Positions 28,717-41,994 of a stretch of DNA of 64,000 nt are shown in pieces. Made by a program: the position numbers and the translations under genes. The stretch comes from Octopus vulgaris (taxonomy: Eukaryota): positions 71,672,001 through 71,736,000 of the forward strand of contig OX597826.1 in NCBI GenBank assembly GCA_951406725.2, given 5' to 3'. Below the pieces are notes generated by a model, which worked only from the letters and a program-made list of their open reading frames with translations, was not told the origin of the DNA and did not search any database. The stretch's first letter is position 1; each line of letters starts with the position of its first letter.

Positions 28717-28933
28717 TAATACACACTACATGCAAGTATATATGTAATGTATGTATGTGAGCGTAATTTATATGAATATAGGGAAACAGCTTTCTTACAA
28801 TGAAAGCGAATGCCTTCAAGTTTAATCTCTTAAACATTCTTCACATTTCCTCATTTGTAGTTTACGCAATCTTAAATGTTCCTGGGTCCATCCAGTATAC
28901 ATACATACATATAAATATATATACTTTTATGAC

Positions 28934-28978
<45 letters not shown>

Positions 28979-29096
28979 TGGAAAGACTTCCCGACACACA
29001 GACTGACAGATGTACACGTCTAAGAAAGATCGCGAAAGTTTGTTCCAAAAAAGCAAAAATCTCAACTCCTGATGTGGTACATGGTACGCCTATACA

Positions 29097-29718
29097 TACA
29101 TACATACACACTTGCATATATACAGACATACATACACACATGCATGTATATTTATTTATATAATAATATTGCAATAGAATATTTTAAACGTTCATGTTTA
29201 ATGTAGGAGGCGATCTTGGAGTTTAGCGACCCGTTTTCACTTTCACTGGGGACTTTCCAGAAGTAATTTATTCTCTGACCTTTTACCTTCCAGTTTGTTA
29301 ACAATTGTTTATTTATTTCTACAAACATTAAAAATTACTGTAATTTGCAATAAATTACAAATATTTTATTTCTGGTATCGGTCTAGCCTTGACCGAAAAA
29401 TACTCCCTATTACTTACATACTGTACGCGAACATTTCCTCGGCTTGGATTACATTTCGCATTGCATTATGATTATTATTATTGACATATGTAATTCATAC
29501 ACACACATGCATATATACAGACATACACACGCATATATATTTATTTATATAATATTACAATAGATTATTATAAACGTTCATGTTTAATGTAGGAGGCGAT
29601 CTTGGAGTTTAGCGCACCGTTTTCACTTCCACTGGGGACTTTCCAGATGTAATTTATTCTCTGACCTTTTACCTTCCAGTTTTGTTAACAATTGTTTATT
29701 TATTTCTACAAACATTAA
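29097..29718. repeat. Direct duplication (about 230-bp units, period about 386 bp) carrying IRF-like and NF-kB motifs
   Basis: Cores 29185-29331 and 29571-29718 are nearly identical. GGGACTTTCC at 29249 and 29635. Confidence 0.9.
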
Positions 29719-30144
29719 GTGCCAGGTTCGATCCCCATCCTGCTTACCTTTAACTGTGCCATGTGTTAACGCCACTCAGATAATCATGATCGATATATAA
29801 TATATATTTCCCCTAATTTCTCCCCCTGTTTAGTTATGTTTACTTATGTATTTAAGGTATCAATATTTGGTAAAATGTTTGGGGTGACTCACCTCGAAAA
29901 CCTCATCCAGTTGGCCTTTTTTGCAACCAAGGTGTGGGCAAAACACATAAAAGAGCTGAGGTTTAGTATATATATATATTATATATATAAATATATATAA
30001 ACCGCAGCCCTTAATATTATAATTGTGCCCTTGTTAGTGCAATTGTTGCTGCATAATTGTCGAGTGGGGACTGACTTTCCTCTCGACGGTTCCTTCCCCG
30101 TTGGCTGTCGTGAGAGAAAGTGAGGGGAAGCAAGGTGAACCGAT

Positions 30145-30425
30145 ATATATAGAGATATGTATATGCATATATACATATAGCGAGAGAGACACACATACAT
30201 ACATATACACACACATACATATATACAGACACATACATACATACATATACACACATACATATATACATACATATACACTCATACATACATATACACACAC
30301 ATACGTACATATACAGACACATACGTACATATACACACACATACATACACATACATACATACATACATACAGACATACATATACACACACATACATATGC
30401 ACAAACATAGACCCTAAACACACAC
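30145..30425. repeat. (ATAC)/(AC) microsatellite
   Basis: Directly visible. Confidence 0.93.
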
Positions 30426-32209
30426 ACAATATGTGTGTGACATACACTTTTATGTGTGCGTGCGTGTGGTTTAGTAAATTGTTTATATAACAGGTATATT
30501 AATGTATATGCGTGTTTTTGTGTATGTCATTAATCTGTTTAGATAACAGGTACGATATGTGTGTATGTGTGTGTGTATGTATGTGTGTATATGCGTGTAA
30601 GTATATGTGTGTGTGTAGAAGGTGTATACATAATGTTGTATATGTATGTATGTGTTTGTGGTGGAGTTGGCAACGAGAACGGCGGAGAGATACTTCAATG
30701 TTATTTGAATTCGTACATCTTGTACTTGTCCAATATACACGTTAATTAAGAATTTCAAATTTTCAAAACATGATGCTTGTTTTAAAACAAATATTTCATA
30801 CATAAGAACAGCATGCTTTTATTTTAATAGAGAAAATATATTGAAAAAAAAGACACAGTTATAACGAACTACTTTCGATAATTTGATGCGATACATGACC
30901 TAAGTGTTATGGAACCGTTGCAGAATTTATACATAATCTTCCGCTACCTTCTCGGTTAACATAAACAGCTCAACTAATTAATAACTTTGTAAACCATCAT
31001 CAAATAATCTTTTTCTTTTTATTTATAAAATCTCAATTAAAATGCTATTCTAATGCTTTGCAATTCATTTTGTAATAAGATTTAAAAGAAGCCGCTAACA
31101 ACGGATTATTTTCTATGATGAAATGTCAATAGGACATGTCGAAATGATGTTGGATTCTGTAAATTATCAACTATTTATAGTTATTAACTGTTTTTTTTTT
31201 AATGCCTGGTCAAATCAAGCAGTTAATAATGTTTTCAGTCTTTAAAAAACTGTAATTATATCTGTAACGTTTGTGATAATGTTTTTAAACTATTTAACGC
31301 ACTACTTTATATGAGGTACTGTGTCAAAGAGAGAGAGAGACAGACAGACAGAGAAACAGAGAGAGAGAGAGAAAAACAGAGAGAGTGAGTGAAAGAGAGG
31401 TAGACATAGGGAGAGACAAGACGTTGAAGAATTCTCCTGCTCCGTCGACATTAACATTTGAAGTTGTTTCATACAAATACATACATATATATATATCCTA
31501 CGACTACATTTGTGAAGGGAGAAGTTAGCATTTAGTGACCTTCACCTATGACAGCTTCGTAACGTTATAATATAACCCCCCTGTTGTATAGTGATGGGTT
31601 AATCAGAGTAGGGGGTTCTATGGTGTATGTGAATGGTAGATGTTGGAGAAAATGTATGTTTGTGTAACTTGTGTGCAGACATAATGTTATGCAGCATGTT
31701 ATACGTTTTGTATCCAGAGGAGATTGAATAAAGTGTGCAATATGTGATAACACGAATATGACGATAATGATGGTTCTTCACATTTGCATATATGGCCATA
31801 CATAGATTTAAAAAGAGGGCTATGTCGATTTAAATCGACCTCTCTAGACTTCACTGGAAATTTATTTATAAATCCCGAAAAGGTGAAGTCGATTCCAACA
31901 CAATTTCACTCTCTCTCTCTCTCTCAGTGATAATGACGTCGATTTCTAACAAAGGTTGAGAGGTCGATTAAAGAATAACTTACTAAAAGTGCAATAGTAA
32001 TTACTTCTAAAATCGGTGCCTTTTTTTGGTGGCAGACAACTATCGGTTTGATCGACCACAGTACTTAATTGGTATTCATTTTTGAGTTTTGGATATAAAG
32101 CGACATCAGCAAAATACCTGCTCGTGATAGTTAAAACATTATTGTTTAACTCTATTAACCACCAATCTGATGAACTCCACCAACTCTACCTCTAATAATA
32201 ATAACAGTC

Positions 32210-32598
32210 ATTTCTACTATAGGCACAAGGCCTGCAATTTGGGGGAGGCGATAGTCGATTTCATCGACCCTAGTGCGTAACTGGTACTTATTTCACTGAC
32301 CTCGAAAGAATGAAAAGCAGAGTCGACCTCAGCGGAATTTGAACTCAGAACGTAGCGACGGGCGAAATACCGCTAAGCATTTCGTTCAGCGCGCTAACGT
32401 TTCTGCCAGCTTGCCGCCTTAATAATAACGGTTTCAAATTTTGCCTCAAGGGTAGCAATTTTGGGGGAAGAAATGAAACGATTATAACGACTCCAGCGTT
32501 CAACTGGTACTTATTTTATCGACCCGAAATGGATGAAAGGTGAAGTCGACCTCGGCGGAATTTGAACTCAGAACGTAAAGGCCGACGAAATGCCGCTA
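32210..32598 (-). mobile_element. Two adjacent SINE family B copies
   Basis: Two gtcgacctc.gcggaatttgaactcagaacgta segments. Confidence 0.85.
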
Positions 32599-35544
32599 AT
32601 GAAGATAATAATAATAAATCTCAAAAGAAAAGAGGCCTTGTAAGAACGATCAGGATGCCCTCAGTTCAAAGCAAATGTTATGTCCCCACTTGCATGTTAA
32701 ATTCCTGTAATTCACCCACATTTATAAAATATATTATACAAGTCTTCTTTTTATAATCTCACCTTTCACTTCATGTGATGGCTAGAAAAGTGATGAGAAT
32801 ATGAGTTGTGTAAGTAAATAAAAACCTAATTTCAGCCATCGAAGTGTTACATACACCATCGTATCACCAGTTCTGTCATCGCCGTTGGCTAATCGAGGCG
32901 ACGTGACAAGTTTCACGATGGATTTAATCAACAGCTGGACTCGATATAATGATAGCAGCTGTTCGTCATAAGACCACAAACAATACGCCAACACGGAACG
33001 AGTACGTAGAGGACAATTTCATTATATTTTCTGCGTCTCATGATCGCAGAATCATTTCAAGCATTTGGGCGGCAGACTTATTTCGTCAGTCAGTTTTATT
33101 TTACTGGGTCTTTGGGAGTCCTTAACAGAGTGCATTCCTTCAACCTCACCACTTACACATAAATTGCTAATTTAGAAATCACTTCTGGTTGCTTCTAAAC
33201 TAGCAAGGACACTGACCTTAACTCAAGATTCCGGTCTCATGTAAACACCTTTTCCTCCAGCACTTTCAGAGACCCTGGGCCTCAGAGCAAATGCACATCC
33301 TGAAACATAATAACCCGAAACTTTCTAAACAATAGTTTCCACCATTTTCATTAAAAAATTGAAAAATAGGTTCGGCTTTAAATCATATATATTCTTAATT
33401 ATTATAATAAGTAGGTTAAGTCAAACCCAATTTTGCAGAAATAGCTTCCTCTTTGGGTAATTTTTTAAATTCTAAAACGTTAATTCATCCTCCACTTTAG
33501 GAGGAACCAAACCAAATTCGAACAACTTAACCGGATCTTCGACCCAAGAAACTGAAACATGACAAATCAATTTGTCATGGTTAAATTTTAGCACGTTATC
33601 CTATTGTTAAATGCACACTACCACGATTTCTGATAGCATCATTTTACCTTAGTAAATATTTTATATTGTAGTTCAAGCGTATGAGGATGTTCATCTCTGT
33701 CTTTCCCGAATTATCCCATCTTTCAATCCCGACAGTTCTGTAATACTCATACGAAGAAAGCACTCAATTTTGCTGCATGTTTTGCACCCAGTACCGGATT
33801 TACTATTGTGCTTAGGTGTGTTTCAACACAGGACCCCATTGACCAGTGAGAGTTCATCTTCCTGCACCCCCCCCCCAATTTTTTACATTGAATTTTCTGA
33901 GCATATATGCCTGACTGTCCAAGTAAGGGGCCTCATAACTTAACTAGCACAGGGCCTCGTTTGTCCTAAATCCAACCGCTGTTTGCAACCATCCAATCCC
34001 ACACAGCACACACAAGATAAATCTCCTTAAAAGCTACCTAGTTCTGTTCTACCACACTTACCGCAGCCTACACAAACATGTTAAGTGCTAAATCACTTCC
34101 GATCACTTCAAAATTAATACGGCCACTGGGCCTGATAATGTCCTGTCCCTCAAACGATGCACATAAGAACCCATATCCTCACCAAACACCGCAATCTCTC
34201 TTATTCACTCACTCTCACTTTTCTGGTTCTATCTCGCTACAGTGTATTCCATTTTCAGTTCTGAGTAAAGCATCTCCTTTGATTCCGTTAACTATCGTTT
34301 CATCGCACTCACTTTCAACATCTCTAAGACGATGAAGACAGTTACTAACAACCATTTTCTTACACCTCGAAATCCCTTTCCAGCTATAATGATCACCAAT
34401 ACAGCTTCTTTATTTGAGACCCATTCTCCGATGCCACTCATCAGTGGATCCTTACCCTCAAGAAATTTGATGCAAATAGTTTTGTTGCATTTGAGCGTAC
34501 ATTGCCAGATTGTGAGACTGGGAAAAGAGGCCACATTGTAAGACTGGTTTAGAACGCTGAATATCTGGCACCGGCCTCCGACCCCGATAGAATCCGAATA
34601 AAGTACCCCTTCCTTTCTGGTACAACGGCTCTCTGGGATTCCCCACTTGCCTGTGATTTTTTGCAGTCATCTACTTGCAACTGTTCAAAAAGAACATTAA
34701 CTATTTCAACCTCAAGGGTTGCAGAAGGCCTACATAAGTAATGTGCATACTCCTTCCCTCTTGGCCAAATAAATAACCTATTCGTTGTTACTTAGCCCCA
34801 AGTCATTTCAGCTCGATCAGAGATGATTAAATACATTCCAACTATCACCCTAATGTTTATTTTTTACTAGATATAGTATATCTCAGACTATATTATTCAA
34901 TGTGTCCTCTCATTTCTAACTTGTTAGACTCTAGGTTGCAGGAATTTAGTTGCTATTTCACGTATATCAAGCAACCACAGAGAAGTTCCTTTGTTGATTA
35001 GCTGAGCCAATATAAAGAGCAGTGACACAGCAAATACCTCTCTTGGTTCCAGTAAACGATATCGAACTGATCCTGCAACAGAACGTAGAAAGCCAACATC
35101 TGGCGTGTTTAAAATGCTTACTCATGATAGCAAGTCACGTACAAAATAAGTCAAAAGAACTGAATTGATCAGGATATCAGACGAAATATGTGGTCAGCTC
35201 AGACTCCAACATCTGGGAGTGTTACTCAAATTCTTAACAACTTAAACGAAATTTCGTAATCCAACTAACTGGAAATCTCCGTTTTAAAGTGAACAGGAGA
35301 GATCAGTCTCGGATTATAGGAAAATGGAGCGGCGAAGACGAGAAGGTCAGGTGGCTTTATGATGTCAAATGAACTGGCCTGAAAGATTTAGAATTTTGTC
35401 AGATAACAGATTTATTTGCTGACATACATAATGATACATACAATAGGTTCCTTGTGCACAAGTTAATTGTAGCTTTTCAATTGCGCTTTCATTTGGTGTA
35501 AAATGGGTTGATCGCAGGATGATAAGAGAAACTGTTAGAGGAGG

Positions 35545-35800
35545 ACCTTGAGAAGGGAAACACAGTGTAGGGCTGAGGTAAGAAGGTCACATTATAGGAC
35601 TGGAAGAGGGAAGTACATTGTAGAACTGGGAGAAGAGGAAACGGTCAAGAGCAAGCACATAATAAGACTGGGCGAAGAGAGTCACATTAAAGGACTGGAA
35701 GAAAGTGGCACACGTCGTATGACTGGAATAAGGATGGCCACATTGTAACGCGGAGAGGAGGGGTCACATTGTATATATAACAGGGAGAATAGAACTGGTT
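35545..35800. repeat. Degenerate tandem repeat of about 27-30 bp (cacattgta.gactggaagaggg)
   Basis: About eight units. A related short array lies at 34495-34560. Confidence 0.65.
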
Positions 35801-37159
35801 AGGAGCGCAGGATATCTATAGTAAGGTCCCGACCGAGTAAAATACCCGATTTGCCTCATGGTAGACACAAGACATTAGATTTATAGACATCGTGCCTTCG
35901 TAAATACAATAAAATTTGCGAAGAGTCAAAATTAACACCTAATATATTACTGATATCAAATTTCTGAGTGAAAGACGAAGTGGACCTTCATAAGTATGAA
36001 ACGGTAGTAAAATTATTTGAAAATAGCAGAACTTTAAATTCAGAGTAAAATTATCAGAACTGGCAAGGGCTTCAACAGATTCCTTATTACTTTAAGAATC
36101 AGTAAATTAAATCCTCTTAAGGGCGACTAAGGATTTTAACTTTCTGTAGTCGATAAAGCATGTAAGAATATATAGGCGTAGCCAGGATTTCGACGACAGA
36201 GTTTCGATGATTAAATGGGTCCACCATTAACTGTGTTATTTTACAAAACGTATAAAATTATATTCGTATGGGGCTGCGGGGGGATTAGAGTTGGATTCGT
36301 CCGGACTTGTCAAAACTGCCCCTAAGCCATCTTGTTAGGAGTATCTAATGTAACTTGAGTTTATTTTTCTTTGCGGGGTAGGGGAAATGTCAAGAATATT
36401 ATATAAGCGATTATTTTTCACATCGGTTAAAGTAGCACAGTTGCGGCTGCTGTCATTGTGTAACGGACGTAGTAACGACCTAAATTCAAATTTCAAATAC
36501 AGTCTCCAACAAACGTCTTATGTCACTAATCCCTTCTCTTAAAAAATATCCAATTTCGTACCACAGTATTGAATAAACCAATGAGAGTAGTCATTGAAAT
36601 AGCAACTAAATTTCCCTCAAGCTATATACTACCGTCTGAAAAAATAAAAAGACAATAAGGAAGTCTGGGGTACAAACAAATATTGAAAAAAAATAAAAGT
36701 AAACGATAGTGTGGTCATAACTTGGAATACTTTTGATCATAAGTCGACTGGTTTGGCCTAGGGCTAAACGAAAAACATTAACTTTTCGATGAATTCGATC
36801 AACTAAGTCTGCGAAACAGTTTCGTTTTCAGTTGAATCGAGTTTAATGCATTGTTAACGTCCTTAAGGAATTTATGACTAACTCAAATTCACTTCCTATT
36901 CATTCCCATTTAAAGATTTTATATATGCATTCTTCTTGCATAGAAAAAAATCGTTACAATTACAATAATGTTTTTTAGTTTCTCTTTTAATCCTCTCCCA
37001 CAGCAATCCTGTTTCCTTATAGAGAAATACGAGTTACACTTATTTTTAAAGATTTTTTTGTCTTACACTTCATGAACATTTTAATAATTAAAAGAAAAAA
37101 AATCTTTGAATATAGTTCAAATGAATTTTAGGGAAACTTTAGCCCATTATTTAAATTAA

Positions 37160-37378
37160 GGATCTTTTCACTTACAAACTATAGAATTTTTTCAAGAAAG
37201 CCAAGAGAAAAAGATGTTTTATGTAACACATTCTACCAGTATACGAAGTTTAAAACTTTTTAGTTACCTAGAAATTATGTTACAAACTGCCGTTCAAAAG
37301 GAAAAGATCCCGAAGTTTAAAAGTGTTTAGTTACAAAGAAATTATTTTTTAAATGTGCTGGTCAAAGTGAAAAGATCC
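37160..37378. mobile_element. Merlin-like MITE
   Basis: TIR ggatcttttcactt / aagtgaaaagatcc with an 8-bp duplication TAAATTAA at 37152-37159 and 37379-37386. GG termini with an 8-bp TSD are typical of Merlin. Confidence 0.75.
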
Positions 37379-39078
37379 TAAATTAATTCAAGTTTCCTAG
37401 AAAACCAGTCAAACTTTATTTTATTAAAGAAGTAACCATGAAATTTAACCAGTTCCCCCTCCTCTCTATCTTCGTCATTGCTATAAATAACTTCAATGAG
37501 TTTTAAGGAAGTGGGTAGATAAGTTGATAAATAGATAGGGAAAGCCAAAAAGGAAAAAATGATGAAATGAGATGGTTTTCGGTGTGTGAGGAGGGAGAGA
37601 GAGACGGACAGACAGAAAGAGAAAGAAAGTGTGTGTGTGTGTGTGAATGGGAGTATGTGCGTACATATGTGTGTATGTGTAGGAGTGTATGTGCGTGTAG
37701 GTGAATGTATGAATATGTGTGTATGTATAAGTAGGTGTGAGTGAATGTGTGTACGTGCTTGATTATATGTGTGTTATGGGAGTGAATATGTGTTTGTGTG
37801 GAAGTAAAATAATTTTCTAAATAGTTTATGTAGCTCAGTTATTTTATAAGAAGTAAATCTTTTCACTAAATTCACTGAACTGTTGAGTGTAACGGAAAAA
37901 CTATTTTATGATATTTACTGATAGAGAAATAACAAAATTCTATTTGAGAAAAAGAAAATACCACCCAAGTTTGTGTGATGGGAGGATAGGTTTCGAATCC
38001 TTCTTTCTTCTGAGAAAAGCCCAACCCGAAACATCTGAACACATCTATTTTCTTGACCCACGAATTTAACAAATTTCTTTCCTCCGATTCAAGGTTTTCT
38101 GTTGTTTTTTTTTAACCTCTAAAATTTTAATTGTCAGGAATTGTGTTTGAAAGGTTAGAGTATAAAACGTTTTATTTTCAATGTTAGAGATAAAAAAAAA
38201 TGCTATCTATTTTATATTTAGGCCAATATCATAAGTTCTGAAAATCTGATGCAATTACGGTAAAAGATAATTAGAAGTAGAACTCAAGAACTAAAAATAA
38301 TTCGCTCGGTACCTCCCAACTCTCAGTTATTCAAAGTATTTATGAGAAAATGAATTGAACGAAAATCATCAAATGTTAGGGAAAGGGTTATTTCGTGGAT
38401 AGAACGAAAAGTCAGTTCTCTCTCTCTCTCTCTTTTAACACCTGTAGGCGCAAGTATAGTTGTGTGGTTACGAAGCTTGCTTCTCCAGCCATATGGTCTT
38501 GGGTTCAATCCCACTGCACAACACTGGGCAAAAGTCTTCTACTTGTGTATATTGGTACACTTACGTCCCCATAACTTATTTGTTCAGCAAAAGAGAGGGA
38601 TAGAATAAATATCAGGCTTTAAAAAGTAAGGACTGGGGTTGATTTATTTGACCAACATCACCTCCCAAGATTTTTTTTTTTTTGTTTAGGGCAACAAAGA
38701 TGGAAAGTTCTCGTGGTCTTTACATCCACAGCACAGACTAATGAGTCTGATGCTTAAATGTTTATAGATTGAGAGCAGAAATATGTTCTCATCTTGTACC
38801 CAGAGTCACTATAAGCATAATGTCTGAATTCTTTTAAATAAAAAGACAAGGAGAAACCGTGAAATTTGTCCTTCACAAAGACTTAACTAAATCATCATCA
38901 TCATCATTTTAATGTCTGGTTTTCCATGTTCACTTGGCTTACAGAAAATTTATTAAAGAGGATTTCCTACAGTCCAGATAAGATCACCTTATCAGGCAAT
39001 GTTAAGATAAGGTGACAATAATGCACACACACACACACACACACATAAACACACACACACACATACACACACATATGA

Positions 39079-39810
39079 GGTGGAGGCATGTTGCCTAGTG
39101 GTTAAGATGTTGAAATCATGATTGTGAGATTGTGGGTTCAGTTCCTGGACTGGGCAATGCATTGTGTTCCTGAGCAAATTACTTTTCATTTCAAATTACT
39201 CCAGTTCACTCACCTGGCAAAAGAGAGTATCCTTGTGACAGGCTAGCATCCCATCCAGTGGCATAAATATATATACACCATGGAAATGGGGAAACTGACC
39301 CTTATGGGTCCATAGGGCTCAAGAAGGGTGTTTTATCCTTTTATTTATACATGAGAGGTTTCTTTCAGTTTCTGTCTACCAAATCCACTCACAAGGCTTT
39401 GGTTGGCCTGAGACACTTGCCCAAGGTGCCATGAAGTGGGGCTGAACCTGAAACCATGTGGTTGAGAAGCAAACTTCTTATGACATAGCCATGCCTGCCT
39501 GCACCTATAAACTTACTAAAATGAAGCACTGATACAAAAACAGAAATTGACTAAAATACAGTGTTGATAGTGGAGGCGCGTGGCTTAGTGGTTAGGGTGT
39601 CAGCATCATGATCGTCGCCTCTGGACTGGGCAATGCGTTGTGTTCTTGAGAAAAACACTTCATTTCATGTTGCTCCAGTCCACTCAGCTGGCAAAAATGA
39701 GTAACGCTGCGATGGACTGGCGTCCCATCCAGCTGGGGAACACATACGCCATTGAAACCAGGAAACTGGGCCCATGAGCCTGGCTAGGCTTTAAAAGGAC
39801 GTGTTTATTT
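39079..39810 (+). mobile_element. Two SINE D copies (39079-39345, 39571-39810) flanking a partial minus-strand SINE A
   Basis: ggaggc..gt.gc.tagtggtta heads. Confidence 0.8.
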
Positions 39811-40659
39811 TTTTAAATTTTTATAGTGTTGATAAGAACACATGAACTCTGATGTTAACTGTTGAATTGACTATTAAAAATGTAGTGTTGATACAAGCAA
39901 TTTAAATACAAGAATGATGTTGGATAAATATTTTTTAACTGCTAATATTCATATGTAAATAACATTAGACATTACAAGCATCAATTTGCAATAGAAACAA
40001 TCTCTTGACAGGTGACAGTATAATCAATTAATAAAGGGGGAAATACCAAGAAACCAGGACTGATCAGCAAACAGTTTGTTCACTGAAATAATAAACAAAG
40101 CCAGTGGTTATAGTAAATAGGTACAAGATGAGAATATATTTCTGCTCTCAATCTATAAACATTTCAGTATCAGACTCATTAGTTTAGGCTCAAAGATCTG
40201 GGTACTTCTGGTTGAAGAGATACATGGCAAAACATTTTTGGTCCCAGAATCCCTTGCACCAATGTGCTGAATGTGTTGTGAACACATTGTTGTAAATGGG
40301 AGATGTTATTCTCCAGGGATATACACAACAGTGACCAGCATAGTTGCATTTGAATTTGCCAAAATATATTAAGAATTTGCAAATCATTGTTTCAAGTTTT
40401 ACTGTTCACAGAGTAAATACCATTTCTTTTGTTTTTTTACTTAGGGGCATGCTCTGCAATAAAAATAAATATTAAGATCAGTGCTAAAATACTTTGAGTA
40501 ACACATCGAAAATTTTACATAAAATCACACCCAAGGTGAGGAGAAAGAAGATTAGCTTAATGATAAATTCTCATTAAGAAAAACAAGGAAGATGATCCCT
40601 AAATCTCTAAATTAATTTTAAAAAGTACAATGAGGGTAATGCAGTGTTGTTGTGGAGTA

Positions 40660-41143
40660 CCGTAAATCCTCGAGTATAGTTCACCCTTGAGTATAATACA
40701 CAGGGGATTTTAGGGGGCTGTACCTCTGAAAAACCTGGTGTATAATACGCACCCCTTCTCTCACTTGAGTCAAGAAGGTCTATATAACGTCCTTGGGCTG
40801 TAAAATTGTATACGGTAACGTCCTTTATTATTATTATATATATAACATAATGCAAACGTGTAGCTTTTTTGTGCTTTTTGTTTGCAGAAAATAAAGAAAT
40901 AACAGTAATAACGTTTAATAAATGTTGCTTACTGCAAGTTTATGGATGATTCTTTTATGACTTCATTGCTTTCAGGCTTAGCTTAAGGTATTTTCGTGCC
41001 CGACATCACAAAATGCGTCTGAATAAACATTGCCGGACAGCAAATAGAGACTTGGACATTTTAACCTCATATATAGTACGCACTAGGGATTTTGACCTTT
41101 AAATTTTGGGAAAAAAATGCGGATTATACTCAAGGATTTACAG
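40660..41143. mobile_element. Tc2/pogo-like MITE, second copy (inverted relative to 18249)
   Basis: TA flanks and the same TIRs. The interior is the reverse complement of the 18249 copy with a deletion. Confidence 0.88.
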
Positions 41144-41314
41144 TATGTTTTTCTTACTGAAGCCAATTATTTCCTCACCTCACTACATGTGCAATTAAAA
41201 TTTCTTGGTTCACTTCACCAAATACGTTAACACCAATCTTACTAATTGGTTATTTCTCAACTACTTAACTAGTGAAATATATAATAAAGTAAGACCTGTT
41301 TTACAGCTATGCAT

Positions 41315-41690
41315 ACTCTTTTACTATTTTATTTGTTTCAGTCATTTGACTGTGGCCAAGCTGGAGCACTGCCTTTAGTCAAACTAATCGACCCCAGAAT
41401 TTATTCTTTGTAAGCCTAGTACTTATTCAATCAGTCTCTTTTGCTGAACTGCTAAGTTACGGGGTTGTAGACACACCGACATTGGTGTCAAGCGATGGAG
41501 CGGGGACAAACACAGACACATGAACATGATGGGCTTCTTTCAGTTCCCATCTACCAAATCCACTCACAAGGCTTTGGTTGGCCTGAAGCTATAGCAGAAG
41601 CACTTGCCTAAGGTACCACGCAGTGGGACTGAACCCGGAACCATGTGGTTGGTAAGCAAGCTACTTACAACACAGCCACTCCTGTGCCTA
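41315..41690 (-). mobile_element. SINE family A
   Basis: Full-length match to the family. Confidence 0.85.
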
Positions 41691-41994
41691 TACTGGTAAT
41701 ATCAATGTATTGCTGATGCAATGATTATAAATGTTGCAGTTATGACCAACCCATCTAATGTTTCCAGACCACATTATGCAACCTGACTTTCCTTTTTTTA
41801 AAATGGTTGAATGTACAAATAACTTGGAGTAATATTACTTGACAGGAAAACTCTTCATGTCAAGCAGCTACTTTGCTGCATTGAGAGATTACAGCTGCAG
41901 TTATAGGGTTAGAATGATGCAAAATTGGATTGGAAGATAGATTCTTCAAGCTGAGCCAATGGCTGAATTTTACACATGGATCCATTATCAAAGG

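Noticed and set aside
29720-29740. tRNA T-loop/B-box-like ggttcgatccc, and the tRNA-like SINE heads
   Set aside because: No cloverleaf can be formed. The SINE heads continue into repeat bodies.
40179-40387. Overlapping 65-67 aa minus-strand ORFs
   Set aside because: No recognisable domain and no supporting splice signals.
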